A stretch of DNA of 64,000 bases from Balanoglossus misakiensis (Eukaryota > Animalia > Hemichordata): assembly GCA_040954595.2 (NCBI GenBank), contig CM082582.2, positions 1,426,001 to 1,490,000 of the forward strand, given 5' to 3'. Every line of letters starts with the position of its first letter. The first letter of the stretch is position 1. The notes below the pieces were generated by a model. The model was given only the letters and a program-made list of their open reading frames with translations. It was not told where the DNA came from and did no database searches. Made by a program: the position numbers and the translations under genes. Of this stretch, positions 38,526 to 52,402 are shown piece after piece.

Positions 38526-40000
38526 GTAAGCACACCTTGCTGTATACATGCTCCATAGCTTGTTTGTAAATGCTACCTTTTCCCATCAAATAGTGAAGTC
38601 ACCCTTTTAAAATTATGGTGGTGGCAAGCCACAACTGGTTATCATGAAGAGTTGGACACCACTAATAATCATTTTAATATTTTCCAATTGGTAACCTTTA
38701 TGTACCACTATCCTCAACAATTTCAGTCAACAAGATCCATATTGCGCTGTATAGCAAGGCCAAACAAATATGACTGATTGATAGGGATTTTTCTGAAAAT
38801 GTGACAAAATCAACAAATAAACAATAATCAGTCACCAATCATGCATTATGTGTTATTCGAGGGAACCTGAGCGGGTCCCATAAACCTGCCAACCCATGCT
38901 AGCCATGACTTTACAAATGTTTCCGTCATACTATGCAGAAAATTCTGGCTGCTTTAAATAGGTTTTTCACTTTGCGCTAGGTGTCAAATCTCATTGCATT
39001 CTGGGCGGAAAGTCCATAACCAACTGTAGTAAGAGATAGAAGAAATGATATGTTTACTGTATTTCATGACTTCCTTCGGTCAAACATTTCTGTCTCGGTA
39101 GTTAGCATATTAAACTTTTTTTCACTTTTGCTATTTTTTCTGTTAAAAAGTTCAAGAATGACCCATCATCATTTTAGCTTATGAACTCCCATTTCTTTAA
39201 CATGGCAAAAATCGGCCATCTTGAAATTATCGACCGTATGAGATTTTCATCACTCATTTAGGGTAGCTTAAAACGTGTTTAAAGTAGGGAGAATTGTATA
39301 GGCAAGACTTGGGCTGTAAATTTGATGAAATAGCTACATGACTATTGTTCACAAGCAGCTGACTGTACTGTAAGACTGGAAGTGTTGTGTACATATTTTA
39401 CATATTCAATATTTGTAATTAGACCATGTCATGTATATCTTGGGGATTGCTCGATCACAATGTCTCTGCTGGTACAATGTCCTTTTAACATGTTCAGTAA
39501 TATGGTAGTAATTGTAAGTTTGTGTGCGGCATTTGTAAATTATTTACAATTTATAAATTATTTTGTAAGTTTCTTCATTCTCAAATTGCTTGCCTAACGT
39601 ACTGCATTAACATTTAAATTTTGGTATGATTTTGAGTAGACTTTTTGTTTCAAAATTATTTTTGACACTTTTGGGTGATATGATTTTACATGGAAAATCT
39701 GATTTCCCTGTAATTCGGTTGACAGGATTTTCATCATATCTCTAAATCATGAAGTACATGTATCAGACTTGCATCAGGCCCCCAAAATTCTAGTCGCCTT
39801 TGGCAAGTAATATTAGCCATTGATCTGGGAAAGTTACAAAAATGTGTTGTCCAAGGACGTTGAAGGTACATGTGGTTTTTACACTTGCTGCATGTTTATA
39901 ATTTGCAATAGAAATAGACACTCAGTGCCAGCCCACTATCCCGTCTCTTTATTGCTGACTTGTATGTATGTACGTATGTACGCATTTTATCAGAATTATT

Positions 40001-41340
40001 AGGTCCCATTTGGTATATGTATTTATACCATGGTACCTTACGGGATCAGTTGCACCTGTATGTATGGATGTTTGTATGTCCATCAACATCAAACATTTGG
40101 AAACTACTGGCATTTCACCTTGATATTTAATGTGCAGACAGGGCAGTAGATGGGAGTTTGTCTAAGTGAAGTTGTCATTCCCAAAATATGCAAATTAGCT
40201 GGGAAAGTGTCAAATTCGTCAAAACTTGGGAACTCAACAACTACTGGGCAAATTGCTTTCAAAATTGATAATTGGTATGCATGTACCTTATGGTATCCTC
40301 TCACAATTCTACATGTTGTGAGCTAATAATGTGAATTTTCTATTTTTAAGCATTTTTTTTGTCTCTTTCCACATTGTCGGTAAAAACCTACTTTTCTGGA
40401 ATTGATCAGCTGACTTGTTTGAAATTTATTATGAAGCTTCATAGGTGATCTGAGTTACCAACCATAGTTTTGTTTAAATTGTTGCCAAAAATTGCGTATT
40501 TATAATTTTGGAGCAATTTTTAGGTCCCATTTGGTTTATGTACATATATACGATTGGGACCTTATGGAATCAGTTGCATTTATATGTATGAGTGAATGGA
40601 TGAAAACCGCTGGGCATATCACTTCCATATTTAGTGTGTAGATGCAGGCGGGGCTGTAGATGGGATTTTGTTCAAATGAAATTGTCATTGCCAAAATATT
40701 ACCTGTGTAAATGTGAAATTGGTCAAAAGTCAGAAACTTGACAACCACTGGTCAGATTGGTATGTCAATGAACCCCATACAGTCCTGTATGTTGTGAGCT
40801 AATATTATGAATTTTCTAATGTTTATTAATTTTTTTTGTCTTTTTCCACATTATTGGTAAAAAAAAATCTTCACTTCTGAAAGCGATAGTCTGACTCCTT
40901 CGAAATTTAGTATGAAGCTTCCTATGGGTGGTCCGAGTTACCATATTTTTTGTTCAGATTGTTGTAAAATAGGCATATTTATAATTTTGAGCAATTTTGC
41001 CAATTAAGGTCAGAATGCTTTGCAATTTGGTAGGCAGATTCCCAGGGGTAACCCAAGGAAGATGTCATAAAATGGTTAAAACTGCGTGCTTGTGTTATTG
41101 GGGATATTTTTTGCAATCTTTGTCAAAAACTGTTTTCTGTTAAACCGTTCAAACCCTTGTCAGATTGCTTTGAATTTTGGCAGGAATGTTCCTTGTAGTG
41201 ATTGAAGTAAGATGGTGTACAATTATAGAGATGTTTGCATATTTGTGTTTTTGCCACTTTTGAACAAATGTGTTTTTCTTTGAAACTGCTTTTTTGATGG
41301 CTTTGAAATATGGTAGGAATATTCCTAGGGGTAACCCAAT
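40001..41340 (+). mobile_element. Two stacked Helentron/HINE (DINE-like) non-autonomous elements
   Basis: Heads AGGTCCCAT...ATGG(G/T)ACCT-like short inverted repeats at 40001 and 40522. Each is followed by a (TGTA)-type microsatellite and degenerate GAAATTT.GTATG core repeats. Confidence 0.65.
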
Positions 41341-43675
41341 TTTTAGCTCACCTGAAAATCACGTGAGCTTATAGTTTAGCGATGTCTGTGTATGTGTGTG
41401 TCTGTCTGTATACCCGATATCTCAAGAACCGCTGAACCGATTTCAACCAAATTTAGTACACAGGTTCAGATATCATATGGCAAGAACTGAAAAGGTTTTG
41501 GTGGGTGTGGCTTTGATATTAATGAAGTTATTAAAGTTTTAATTTTTCTATTACATGGTTGTCTATGAGAGCTTTCGTTAATGCTGCATATATGACCAGT
41601 GGAAACGATAGTTTGAGGAGATCGACTGTTTGAGGGCGCTGTGAAATGAGACATTCCTGGCGATATTGCCGTGGTTCTGTCCATGCTCAGACGCTGTACC
41701 CGTCGTTACGAATAACTTCCCTACGTGAATCCACAAGGAAGCTAACGTTGTTTAGTTGCTTCATAGAGCGTAAATTGTTAATCTACAGGACCGTCAGACG
41801 AATACTCTTTTCAAATGAAGTTTGAAACTACTTACGAGTAAGTTAGTGGAGACAATATGGCGGATAGTTGGCGTGCAGCCGAATCCGCGTTATGACTATG
41901 ACGTGACCCATTCATCAAGACAAACCGTAAATGATTCACGCATATTGTGGTCCTCACGCAGTCAATCTCAAAATGTCACCAGGCTTTCTATTTGTCTATT
42001 GTTCAGAGAAAAATAACATGGCGGTTGATCACACTCAACAGTAAAATCCGTTTTGTGTGTTTATAGACAGTCTGTTATCGCCAATACTATATAGCGATTG
42101 CTAGATGGCCTACCCAATATGTGATCGAGCGAGAATGATAACATTGAATGTCTGTTCAGATCTCATTCCGTACGTCATACGTCAACATTTCGATTTCGAT
42201 TTAATCCATTCATAAAGAATTTAGAGAAAGTCGTCTTGAATTGTGACCCCGACTATCAATTAGTTTACGATGATTTTTTGGCGACGGAATACACGAGACG
42301 CCATTGCATAACTACGTCAGCTGGACTTCCAAGGTTACCATTTTGTGTGTATGGAATCTTATCACAGAGCCTACGTACTTTGACAATATGCCATGCTATA
42401 TCAATGACGCCCCAGAAAATTTGTCAAAAAATGAATTTGTCTTCTCATGGTGGTGCAATATATTTTAATGTCTATTTTGAGGTTGATTTTGGTTTTTGGC
42501 TAACATGTATATAAATGTCAGCTTATAGCATAAGTTGGTGTCCGTCGGCTATGTATGTCTGTATGTGTGCCTCATACAGAATTATGTATTTTGTGAATGG
42601 ATCAGTTTCGTCTTAATGTATTGATGTATGTATGTGTATGTCCATCAACATCAAAAACTTGAAACTACTGATATTTAGTGTGTACATAGAAATTGTTATT
42701 GCGAAAAAATGCATACTGGTATTAACTGGAAAAATGTTCAAATAGTCAAAATTGAAAAACTTAATAACAGCGGATCAGATTAAGTTAAAAATTGGCATGC
42801 ATTGGTGTGCAAGTACTTTGGGAAGACCTCGTATGATTTTGTTCAGGTGGAGTCAGTATCTGGCGTTTCCTATTTTTTATGAATTTTTTGGGGAATTTTC
42901 TGCATTTTTGTTAAAAAAAAATTTTCTCTGAAATTACATGTCCAATTGATTGGAAACTTGGTATGGAGGTTCATAGGGCTTACCTGAATCACATTTGTGC
43001 AAACGGTGGTGAAATTTGCAAAAATGCATTTTTGGGCAATATTTCCTGTTTTTGCCAAAAAATCCAATCCTGTGAAATGTAGGTGCAATTGTTTTGATAC
43101 TTTGTATTTGGGTTTCTAGGGGTGATCTCAGTCAGATATGATCAAATTGTAATGAAATTTGCATAATTGTATTTTTTGGGAATTTCTGCAGGGTTTGGCC
43201 AAATAGTCTTTGGTAATACCACAAGTCCAATTGGTTGGAAACTTTGAATGGGAATTCATATATGTGATATCAGTCAGATTTGTCTGAATTTCCTGTTGTT
43301 TGCCAAAATGTCTTCCTTATTGAAACTTGTTAAAGAGGTTCTTAGGCATGAACAGAAATCAGATTTGTTGAAATCTGGTGAAATATTCATACTTTTTGGT
43401 GTATTTCTTGCCATTTTTGATCAAAGAGTTTTAGAATTCCATAGACTTATTATTTTTATGCAGTTCTGGATGGGGTACATGACTCATAACCCCTTACAAA
43501 AATTGACAAGGCAACAATTCCACAAACATGTTTACATTTCACAATGGTGCAACACACAACCCTTACACCATATACACTATAAACCAAAATGGTTTAAAAC
43601 TGGTTTTTCTAATCTTGTTATTCTGTCAACCAATCACAGTACTGCACGTGAGCATATTCAGTTAATATCTGGTTC
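41341..43675 (+). mobile_element. Helentron/HINE-like element of a second family
   Basis: Head TTTTAGCTCACCTG...CACGTGAGCT, TGTG/TCTG microsatellite, degenerate core repeats. CACGTGAGC recurs near the 3' end (~43645). Confidence 0.6.
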
Positions 43676-43935
43676 CTGATTGCTTTGGAAGTTAGTTAAC
43701 AATTTCATAACACATGTACATGTATGTGCAACTTTGATTAAATTCTGGTTGTCAATATTTAGGTAGTTTGTTGTAAATTTCTTTGTTTTTGGATAGCAAA
43801 TCTTTTTAACCAATTGCTCAGTTTCTTTGAAAGTTACTGTTAACAAGGAGAGTTAGTACACCCAACTTAGACTTTTACACCCAACTTAGAGCTACTATGA
43901 CTGGTTACTAACTTCTATATCTATTTGATTCACAG

Positions 43936-44010
43936 ATGCTGCCTGAAATTGTCTGCATTTCAACTCGGGATTCTCTTCCTCGTCTGGGGCGAGTTTAAGA
44001 CCGCTCAATG
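43936..44010 (+). ncRNA. Putative exon A' (75 nt)
   Basis: Four substitutions relative to exon A. Branch point, acceptor and donor are intact. Confidence 0.58.
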
Positions 44011-45187
44011 GTAAGCATGACTTGCTGTATATTTGCTTTTATCGGGCGTGGCACAACCGAAACAATAGGAAACAATGTATGTCTACGAACTAATTTACAC
44101 CTTCCAGTTATCAATACTTTTTTCCTTCGAATTCTAGCCTCGATTGCCTGTGATATGATCGTGATGACATGAATTAAATGGTCAAGTTCAAATCTTCATG
44201 TGAAGCATAAATTAAATTTGGATGCATTTCCTTAACCATATAGCTAGAAATTACTCCCATACCAATACACGGGGAGATACCGTAATTTTGGCTGAAAGTG
44301 TGCTAGTCCAACACTATGCTTCATCAAACTGGCTAAGAGATCTATTATTATATATAGACACATGAAGGAAAGTAATGTTGTTTATAGTGAAATAAAACAA
44401 TACCTTAGGCCACAAAGAAAAATATAGATCACGACACAAACAGGCTGGAGTTTTTTTCAAAAATGTGTGCATAAGATCATATTGGCCCATGGTAATCAAA
44501 GCCAAAGCAGCCCAGTTCCAAATTCGAAACTCAGCTCAGTACCAGAAACTTGCTCAAAGCTACCAAATGCACAGAAAGTTTTGAGAATCTAGATGAAAAA
44601 TCACCAAGCGACTAGTGCGCTTGTCTATGTTCAATGTGTTTTCCCTGGTAACAACATGTACTTCTGCCACCATGCCATGAGATATACTGACAGCCACGTT
44701 TGAAACATTTTAGTATACTGATATTCAAAGTTTAAATGTAAAGGCTTACTTTTCTATAGTAAAATAAATGTTTTATAATTGCCAACAATTTACATTCTTG
44801 CGCTAATCAGTTGTATGAAAAGTGAGGTGGATCAAATGTAAGTTTCATTTTCACAACAAACATTAAGAAATCATTGTACAGTGTTACGTAGATGTCAAAG
44901 TGTGTGTACACCTGTCGTTTACAGATATGATGTCAGTTTCACTTGTCACCTAACTGCCATGTTTGTGGTATACCCATGTGGACCACTTTACTGCAGTACT
45001 GATGTAAATGGAGTTTCAAGATCGCTGTTACAGATTTCTCTGATTCGTATTCCACGTACATTATCGCAGCACAGTCTGACCCTATATTATACCATGTTTT
45101 GCATATTTTCACTAATTAGTATGGCCCAAATAATTCTAAAGCAAGGTTGATTGGTTACTAATTGATAAGCATATATTTGATTCACAG

Positions 45188-45260
45188 TCTTAAACACAGC
45201 ATTTCAACGTATGCCGGAGGAGGAAGAGAATACCTAGGCCTGATCCAAGACCGCTTTCCG
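45188..45260 (+). ncRNA. Putative exon B' (73 nt)
   Basis: Identical to exon B, with splice sites intact. Confidence 0.58.
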
Positions 45261-47999
45261 GTAAGCACAACTTGCTGTATACATGCTCCATAGCTTGTTT
45301 GTAAAGGCTACCTTTTCCCATCAAATAGTGAAGTCGCCCTTTCAAAATTATGGTGGTGGTAAGCCACAACTGGTTATCATGGAGAGCCCCATATAAACTT
45401 ACCAGCCCACGCTAGCCATGACTTTACAAATGTTTCCGTCATACTATGCAGAAAATTCTGGCTGCCTTAAATAGGTTTTCACTTTGCGCTAGGGGGTCAA
45501 ATCACATTGCATTCTGGGCGAAAAGTCTACAACCCACTGTAGTAAGAGGTGGAAGAAATGATACATTTTGTGTATTTCATGCTTTGGTCAAACATGTCTG
45601 TCTCCGTAGTTAGCATATTAAACTCATTAAATGTTTTTCACATTTTGTTATTTTGTCTGTTATGACCCATTATCACTTTAGCTTTAGCTTAGGCTCCATT
45701 CACAAACACCTCTGGATGGGGGGGGGGGGGGGGGGGGGGGGGGGAAATTCAATTTTTTTACTGCTAATTTTCACATGCCCCCCCCCTGTACACAACCCAA
45801 AATATTTTCAAATCCCCCACCCCCTTCTGAACTGCCAAAATTTTAAAATCCCCCCCCCATTTTCTTTCACAGAGCAAAACACATCACTTATCTATCTTGT
45901 AAAAAAGAAAAACAGCGCTCCCATGAAAAGACTTTGAAACTGATGTTTCCCCTCATCAGTGGGTATTAAAACTGAACATGGTTTTTATTTTTTAAGTATT
46001 TGTATTCTGTGTTGGGAGACATTGTAAACCGGGAATTGAAGGGGGTGGGTGTGGGAAGGGGTGTCCCCCTCCCACGTAAGAAAATGTTATAAAATACAGA
46101 GCTCAAAGCTGCATTTTTATGAACCCGGCAAAAGCAAATTAACTCAACTACCAGTATGTTGGGGAGGATAAATTTAACCGTCGCCGCTCAAAGTTATCAT
46201 GGGGTGGGGGCAAGTCCCCTGACATGGGACACTAGATAAACCAGTTAATGATTGAAAGGTGTTGATGAAATAGCTACATGCCTATTGTTAACAAGCAGCT
46301 GACTGTACTGAAAGAATGGAAGTGTTGTGTACCTATTTTACATATTCAATATTTGTAATTAGACCATGTCATGTATATCTTGGGGATTGCTCGATCGCAA
46401 TGTCTCTGCTGGTACAATGTCCTTTTAACTTGTACAGTAATATGGTAGTGATTGTAAGTTTGTGTACGGCATTTGTAAGTTATTTTCAATTTATAATTTT
46501 TTTGTAAGTTTCTTCATTCTCAAATTGCTTGCCTAACGTACTGCTTTAAAATTTAAATTTTGGTATGATTTTGAGTAGACTTTTTGTTTCAAAATTATTT
46601 TCGACACTTGACATTTTTGGGTGATATGATTTTACATGGAAAATCTGATTTCCCTGTAATTCGGTTGACAGGATTTTCACAATATCTCTAAATCATGAAG
46701 TACATGTATCAGAATTGCATCAGGCCCCCAAAATTCTAGTCGCCCTTGGCAAGTAATATTAGCCATTGTTGTCCAAGGACGTTGAAGGTACAATTGGTTT
46801 TTAAACTTACTATGTAGGCATTTTATCAGAATTATTAGGTCCCATTTGGTGCAGGTATATGTATTTATACCATGGGACCTTATGGGATCAGTTGCACCTG
46901 TATATATGGATGTCTGTATGGATGTTTGTCTGTATGTCTATCAATATCAAACACTTGGAAACCACTGGCATGTGACCTTGATATTTAGTGTGGAGATGCA
47001 GGCAGGGCATTAAGTGGGAGTTGTCAAAATGAACTTGTCATTGCCAAAATATGCAAATTAGCTGGGAAAGTGTCAAATTCGTCCAAACTCGGGAACTCGA
47101 CAACTACTGAGCAAATTGCTTTCAAAATTGAAAATTGGTATTCCTGTAAGTTATGTTAACCTCACACAGTTCTATATGTTGTGAGCTAATGTGAATTTTC
47201 GATTTTTTATGTATTTTTTGTCTCTTTCCACATTATCGGTAGAAAATCTGCTTTTCTGGAATTGATCAGCTGACTTATTTGAAATTTAGTATGAAGCTTC
47301 ATAGGTGATCTGAGTTATCATAGTTTTGTAAGGTCCCATTTGCTTTACCATGGGACCTTATGATATCGGTGGATGTATGTATGTATGTATGTCTGTATGT
47401 CCGTCCACATCACAAACTTGAAAACCGCTGGGCATATGACCTCGATATTTGGTGTGTAGATGCAGGCCAGGCTGAAGATTGGAGTTTGTTCAAATGAAGC
47501 TGTCATTGCCAAAAATATGCAAATTAGCTAGGAAAATGTGAAATTGGTCAAAACTCAAACTCAACAACCACTGGTCACATTCATTTGAAAATCAGTATGC
47601 ATGTACCTTATGTCTACCTCAAACAGTCCTGTATGTTTTGAGCTAATATTATCGATTTTTAATTTTTTATGCCAAAAATCTTTTATGCATTTTTTGTATT
47701 ATTCCACATTATTGGTAAAGAAATCATCATTTCTTAAAGTTATAGGCCTCATTCTTTGAATTTTAGTATGAAGCTTCTAATGGTTGTCTGAGTAACCAAA
47801 GTTTTGTTCAAATTGTTGAAAAATTTGCATATTTTAATTTTGAGCAATTTTTGCCACTTTTGGTCATTTTTTTTTCTTTAAAACTGCATGCCAGATTGAT
47901 TTGGTAGGCATATTCCTAAGGGTAAACTGAGTAAGATGTTGTAAAAATGTTTTAGTATATATTGTGTTATTGGGGAAGGGGGGGGGGGGGGTTACTCAA

Positions 48000-48565
48000 A
48001 CATTTATAACACCCAGCAACTTTTGGTACTGGCAGGGTTTGTCCTCCAATGATTTCAACATCCTGCTAGGAATACAACCTCTCCTCAACTTTATAAATAT
48101 AGGGCATGACATTGCAGGTTTTTTGAGAACACTGTTTAAAATAACCCTCATCAAGCCTGTTAACTTATTTAGACAGACTATTATCCAGAATGAAACGAAA
48201 CATGGATGCAATAAAAAGATCTTGTGCAATAAAAACCAAGTTGATCATAACAATTATTTGCTAAGTACAACATGTACATCACTAATAGAAGTTATGGCTA
48301 TAAGCATAAACCTGTTTGTTTTGCTATCTTCACTATTCATATTATCTGACTATATTAATACATTTGCAAGCATACTGTTTCAGACATAGCGAATTTGATA
48401 AACATCTACAAATATATTTTTACCTGTTGAAGTTATCAAAATCCAGACACTTGACAAAAGGACATTTTTCATCCCCTCTATAGATTGATAGTCTAACATA
48501 GCAGGCAATCTGTTTTTAACAATTGCAGAAGCCTTCATAAAAAGTTGTTGGCCAGAATGAAAGCT
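48000..48565 (-). pseudogene. Degraded two-exon coding-like fragment of unknown family inside an insertion
   Basis: Minus strand reads LSFWPTTFYEGFCNC*KQIACY...CPFVKC, then a GT...AG intron, then DLFIASMFRFILDNSLSK*VNRLDEGYFKQC...GGQTLPVPKVAGCYKC, with stops. Confidence 0.3.
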
Positions 48566-49428
48566 TAGGGGGACGTAGGATTTCCTACTTTTTAGGTTAT
48601 TTTTTCTATGGCCCCAAAAAGCTATGACAAAAAATTGATGACCCCCTTGGAATTTATAATTCCCCCCCCCCCTATCATACCCTGTCCATATTCTTATAAA
48701 TGTCAATAAATGCCATACAGTCCTGTATGTTTTGTTTTGAGCTAATATTATGAATTTTCTATTTTTATTGTTTTGTCTTTTACTGCATTATTGGTAAAGA
48801 AAAATCTTCCTTTCTGAAAGCCATAGTTTTTGTTCAAATTGCAAATTGTTGTGAAATTGGTATATTTATAATTTTGAGCAATTTTGTAATTTTTGCTCAG
48901 AATGCAGATTCCTAGGGGGGTAACCCAAGTAAGGTGTTGTAAAAGAATTGTTTAAAAAATAAAAATATATTTGTAGATGGTTATCAAATTCGCTGTGTCT
49001 GAAAGCGCTTGTCAGATTGCTTTGAACTTTGACAGGAATGTTCCTTGTAGTGATTTAAGTAAGATGGTGTACAATTATAGTGATTTTTGCATATTTGTGT
49101 TTTTGCCACTTTTGAACAAATGTAGTTTTGTTTAACCCCCATCTTACCCTATCCATATTCAAATAAATATGAAAAGAAATTTCTCACAGATATTATTTAC
49201 TTTGATAATACTATCATTTGTGCAACAACTAATCAATCAAACAGTCAATAATCATAAATTGGGAGTTCAAAAATATCTATAAGGGAGATTTAAAACCCCG
49301 TTAGCAACAACTGTTTGCCATGTTTTCAGTATTAATGTTTTGTGTAGCTTCTGCAGTTTTTAGGTCCCATATGGTATGTACCATGGGCCTTATGGAATCA
49401 GTTGCGTCTGTGTTTATGTATGGATGTA

Positions 49429-49626
49429 CTGTATTTTCGCGAGTTAAATTTTTCGCGATATCGAGAGAGGCCACTGTTTCGCGAGTATTAATTTTCGCGT
49501 TCTCTTATTTCATTCACTGCATCGTTATCTTCAAAAACAATTTACGCGACTTTTTATTTTCACGTTATTTTGGCTCTCGCGTATTTGGCGAAAATTAATT
49601 GCTCGCGAAAATAAAGTGTTTTACAG
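49429..49626. mobile_element. 198-bp TA-flanked MITE (Tc1/mariner-type TSD)
   Basis: TA|CTGTA...TACAG|TA with internal TTTTCGCG repeats inverted to CGCGAAAA. Interrupts the HINE TGTA microsatellite. Confidence 0.85.
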
Positions 49627-51323
49627 TATGTCTGTCTGTTTGTATGGATGTATGTCTGTATGTCCGTCCACATCTAAAACTTGAAAACCGTTGTGCATAT
49701 CACCTCGATATTTGGTGTGCAGATGCAGGCTGGGCTGTAGATTGGAGTTTGTTAACATGAAAATGTCATTACCAAATATATGCAAATTAGCTGGAAAATG
49801 TGAAATTGGTCAAAACTCGCAAAATTCAACAACTGCTGGTCAGATTGATTTGGAAATTGGTATGCAAGTACCTTATGCCTACCTCATACAGTCCTGTATG
49901 TTTTGAGCTAATTTTGATTTTCTATTTTTGATGCATTTGTTTGTATTATTCAACATTATTGGTAAAAAATCTTCATATGAATCTAAAATTACCGTCGAAT
50001 CATCCAGTGTGAGTTAGCACTGTAATTAGCAAAAGTTATAAATCCACAGTTACCCAGCAAATTTGATATAATGCTTCACATAGGTATTGGTTTTGAACAT
50101 CCTTCAGAAAGGGTATGAATATTTTAAATTTTTTACTGTTGCAACCCAGACTAGTTTATTTCTGAATAAACAGAGAAATGACAACCGGATAGATTATTCT
50201 TCTGTACTAAAGACATATGCAGACACAAGAAATAGTCTGAACATTTTCAGTACATTACTAAAACAGTGTCGGTACATTGTACTATAAACTGAGGAAGATT
50301 AGTGACTATTGTTTGCCAAAAATGGTCCCAAGTCATTTCTCAAGCATAGCAGAATAGTAGCTTTGAGTAGCAAAGTGTGATGATTTAAAATGTAAAAAGA
50401 CAACACCAATCTCTAGCTCTGCTCTCAGCACTGCAAAAGTTATCTGACAGGTAGATAGATGTTCAGTCATCCTATGTCTGTCAACATTTTTCTTTTCTGA
50501 AATCACTGGCGCAAGTGCTTTTAAAATTGGTGTGCAGGTTTCTTGGGGTGGCGAAGTAATGTGTGTTCAAATTGTGTTGAATTCTGCATATTTGTAGTTT
50601 GGAACAAGTTTTTTGCTGTTTTTGGAAGAAAAAAGCTAAGCTCGTAGATTACTTTGACTATGCAGGTTTCTAGGTATGACACAAGTTGTTTCTTCAAAAT
50701 ATGGTGAAATTTGCATATTTGGGGGGAAATTTTCTCTGAAATTTAGTATTGATCTCCCTGAGGTATGTGACATAATCTGTAATTTTGTATTTTGGAGACA
50801 GTTGCCTTTTTGTACAAACAAAAAATCTTGTCAGAATATGCATGTCTGATTGCCATGTCCACAGGGGTGATCTACTTTTATTTACATTATAACCGAATCT
50901 GTAAAGTTTTCATAATGATCTTTAAAATAGGTACGTCTAATTGTTTTGATCTTTGGTATGAATTGTCCCTTGGTGATCTTAGTCAATGCTTTTGAAATTC
51001 CGCTGAATATTGCATTATTATTTTGTCTAAGTCTGAAGAGTAGTCATCATCTCTGAAACCCCTTGACCTAAGTCAGGTGTCAAATAGTACAATTTGCAGA
51101 TTTGTTGCATTGGAGATATTGTTGCAGTTTTTGAAATTCAAGATGGCTGCCAATGTCTGTGTTAACTCTATGGAAAAACATTTATGTAAATACTTTTCTG
51201 AAAACAAGGCGGTGAACATCACATTTTTGTTTACAAACAGTAATAGAAATAGCTATCATTGTTTCTGAAAATCCTAACTTGTAGGATTCTTTTTCAATCT
51301 CTGGCATCAGCAGAGACAATTAA

Positions 51324-52056
51324 GGTGGCATTGCATGAAAAGTTGTGATTTTTGCCAAATTTTACTTTTTTACATAAATCGGTAGGCCTAATACTCACCC
51401 ACATCCTGACTAATACGTCTTGGCGGAAATGGTGCACAATCACCCCCAAATAGCACTTTTCTGAATGAGTTCACAGCTTAACAAATAGGTGTCAACAATG
51501 CAAATGGCCGTTTTTCTCGGTTTGCATTTTCGCTGCTTTTGACAACTTCGGACTAAAATAGCTTCGCCCTGCATTGGCCGAATTTGCTCAAATTTTGACA
51601 GGGAATTGTGTATGACCCATCCAACAAAAAGCTAGTTTTGTATGTCGATAAAGTGTCCCTAGCGGGAATAAACTCTGATTCAATACAACTCACCGTGAAT
51701 TTGATCAAATTTTCAGAAAATCTAACTTTCAAACGCTGTTACTCCTCAATGGAAGCAGATAACGCAAAACAAAATTAGCGTTTTTTTGCACGTGTACTTT
51801 AGTTTCGAATGACATATTAAGATGCATGATGCATGGTCAACTTTTTTACCTATTTTAAATTTCATGACATAATATCAAAAAATGGGTTTTTTCGCCCAAA
51901 ATCGCCACCATTTCCGGGGATCAATAATATTTGCAACTCAAACAAAAGTTCAAAATCTCAGCTTCCAGAATATATATGGTTTATGGGGGTTTAAACTTTG
52001 TCTTTGATGAGAAATAGGCCTCTGAAAAAGTCTCGACGGTTTCATGCAGTGCCACC
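51324..52056. mobile_element. 733-bp non-autonomous DNA transposon with TTAA TSD (Kolobok-like)
   Basis: TTAA|GGTGGCATTGCATGAAA...TTTCATGCAGTGCCACC|TTAA; 16/17 TIR match. Confidence 0.92.
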
Positions 52057-52402
52057 TTAAACAACTCTATAAAAAGTCTTATTGCTTAGTACTGGCACGA
52101 GGTGGTAAAAAGATGTGCAGCTTTTGACTTATTACAGGCTTACACTTTGTTAGTAATATGAGTCCCTATTGGTATTGTGCTGGGTTTTTAGGAGCTTGGG
52201 CCCCATTCCCTGGATATTTTTTACACCTTGCTCTGAAAACCTGCCACACCTATGCTTCTTGAATTTGTCACAGTTGTCCTTGCCAATGAGTGTGCACCTT
52301 GAAATTCAAATCAGTCATTTGACCTGGCAGCCATATTCAGTTGAAATTGTTAAATAAATGCAAATTAGCTGGGAAAATTTGAAATTGGTCAAAACCACTG
52401 GT

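Larger units (their letters stand above)
37405..41272 (+). repeat. Local segmental duplication, copy 1
   Basis: Collinear with 43888-49122 from AGAGCT.CTATGACTGGTTACTAAC to GCCACTTTTGAACAAATGT, with copy-specific insertions. Confidence 0.93.
43888..49122 (+). repeat. Local segmental duplication, copy 2
   Basis: Paralog of 37405-41272, with extra sequence at ~44459-45074, ~45690-46260 and ~47960-48705. Confidence 0.93.
46837..49975 (+). mobile_element. Stacked HINE-like elements (AGGTCCCAT family)
   Basis: Heads at 46837, 47331 and 49362 with AGGTCCCAT/ATGGGACCT-type inverted repeat, TGTA microsatellite and shared body. Confidence 0.65.

Noticed and set aside
37527-45187. Intronic box C/D snoRNAs in the putative non-coding host gene
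   Set aside because: GTGATGA at ~44161 is not conserved in copy 1, and there is no well-placed D box, terminal stem or rRNA antisense element.
45716-45860. G-quadruplex/i-motif regulatory element
   Set aside because: The poly-G and poly-C runs lie within a copy-specific TE-like insertion, similar runs recur across the window, and homopolymer length is unreliable.
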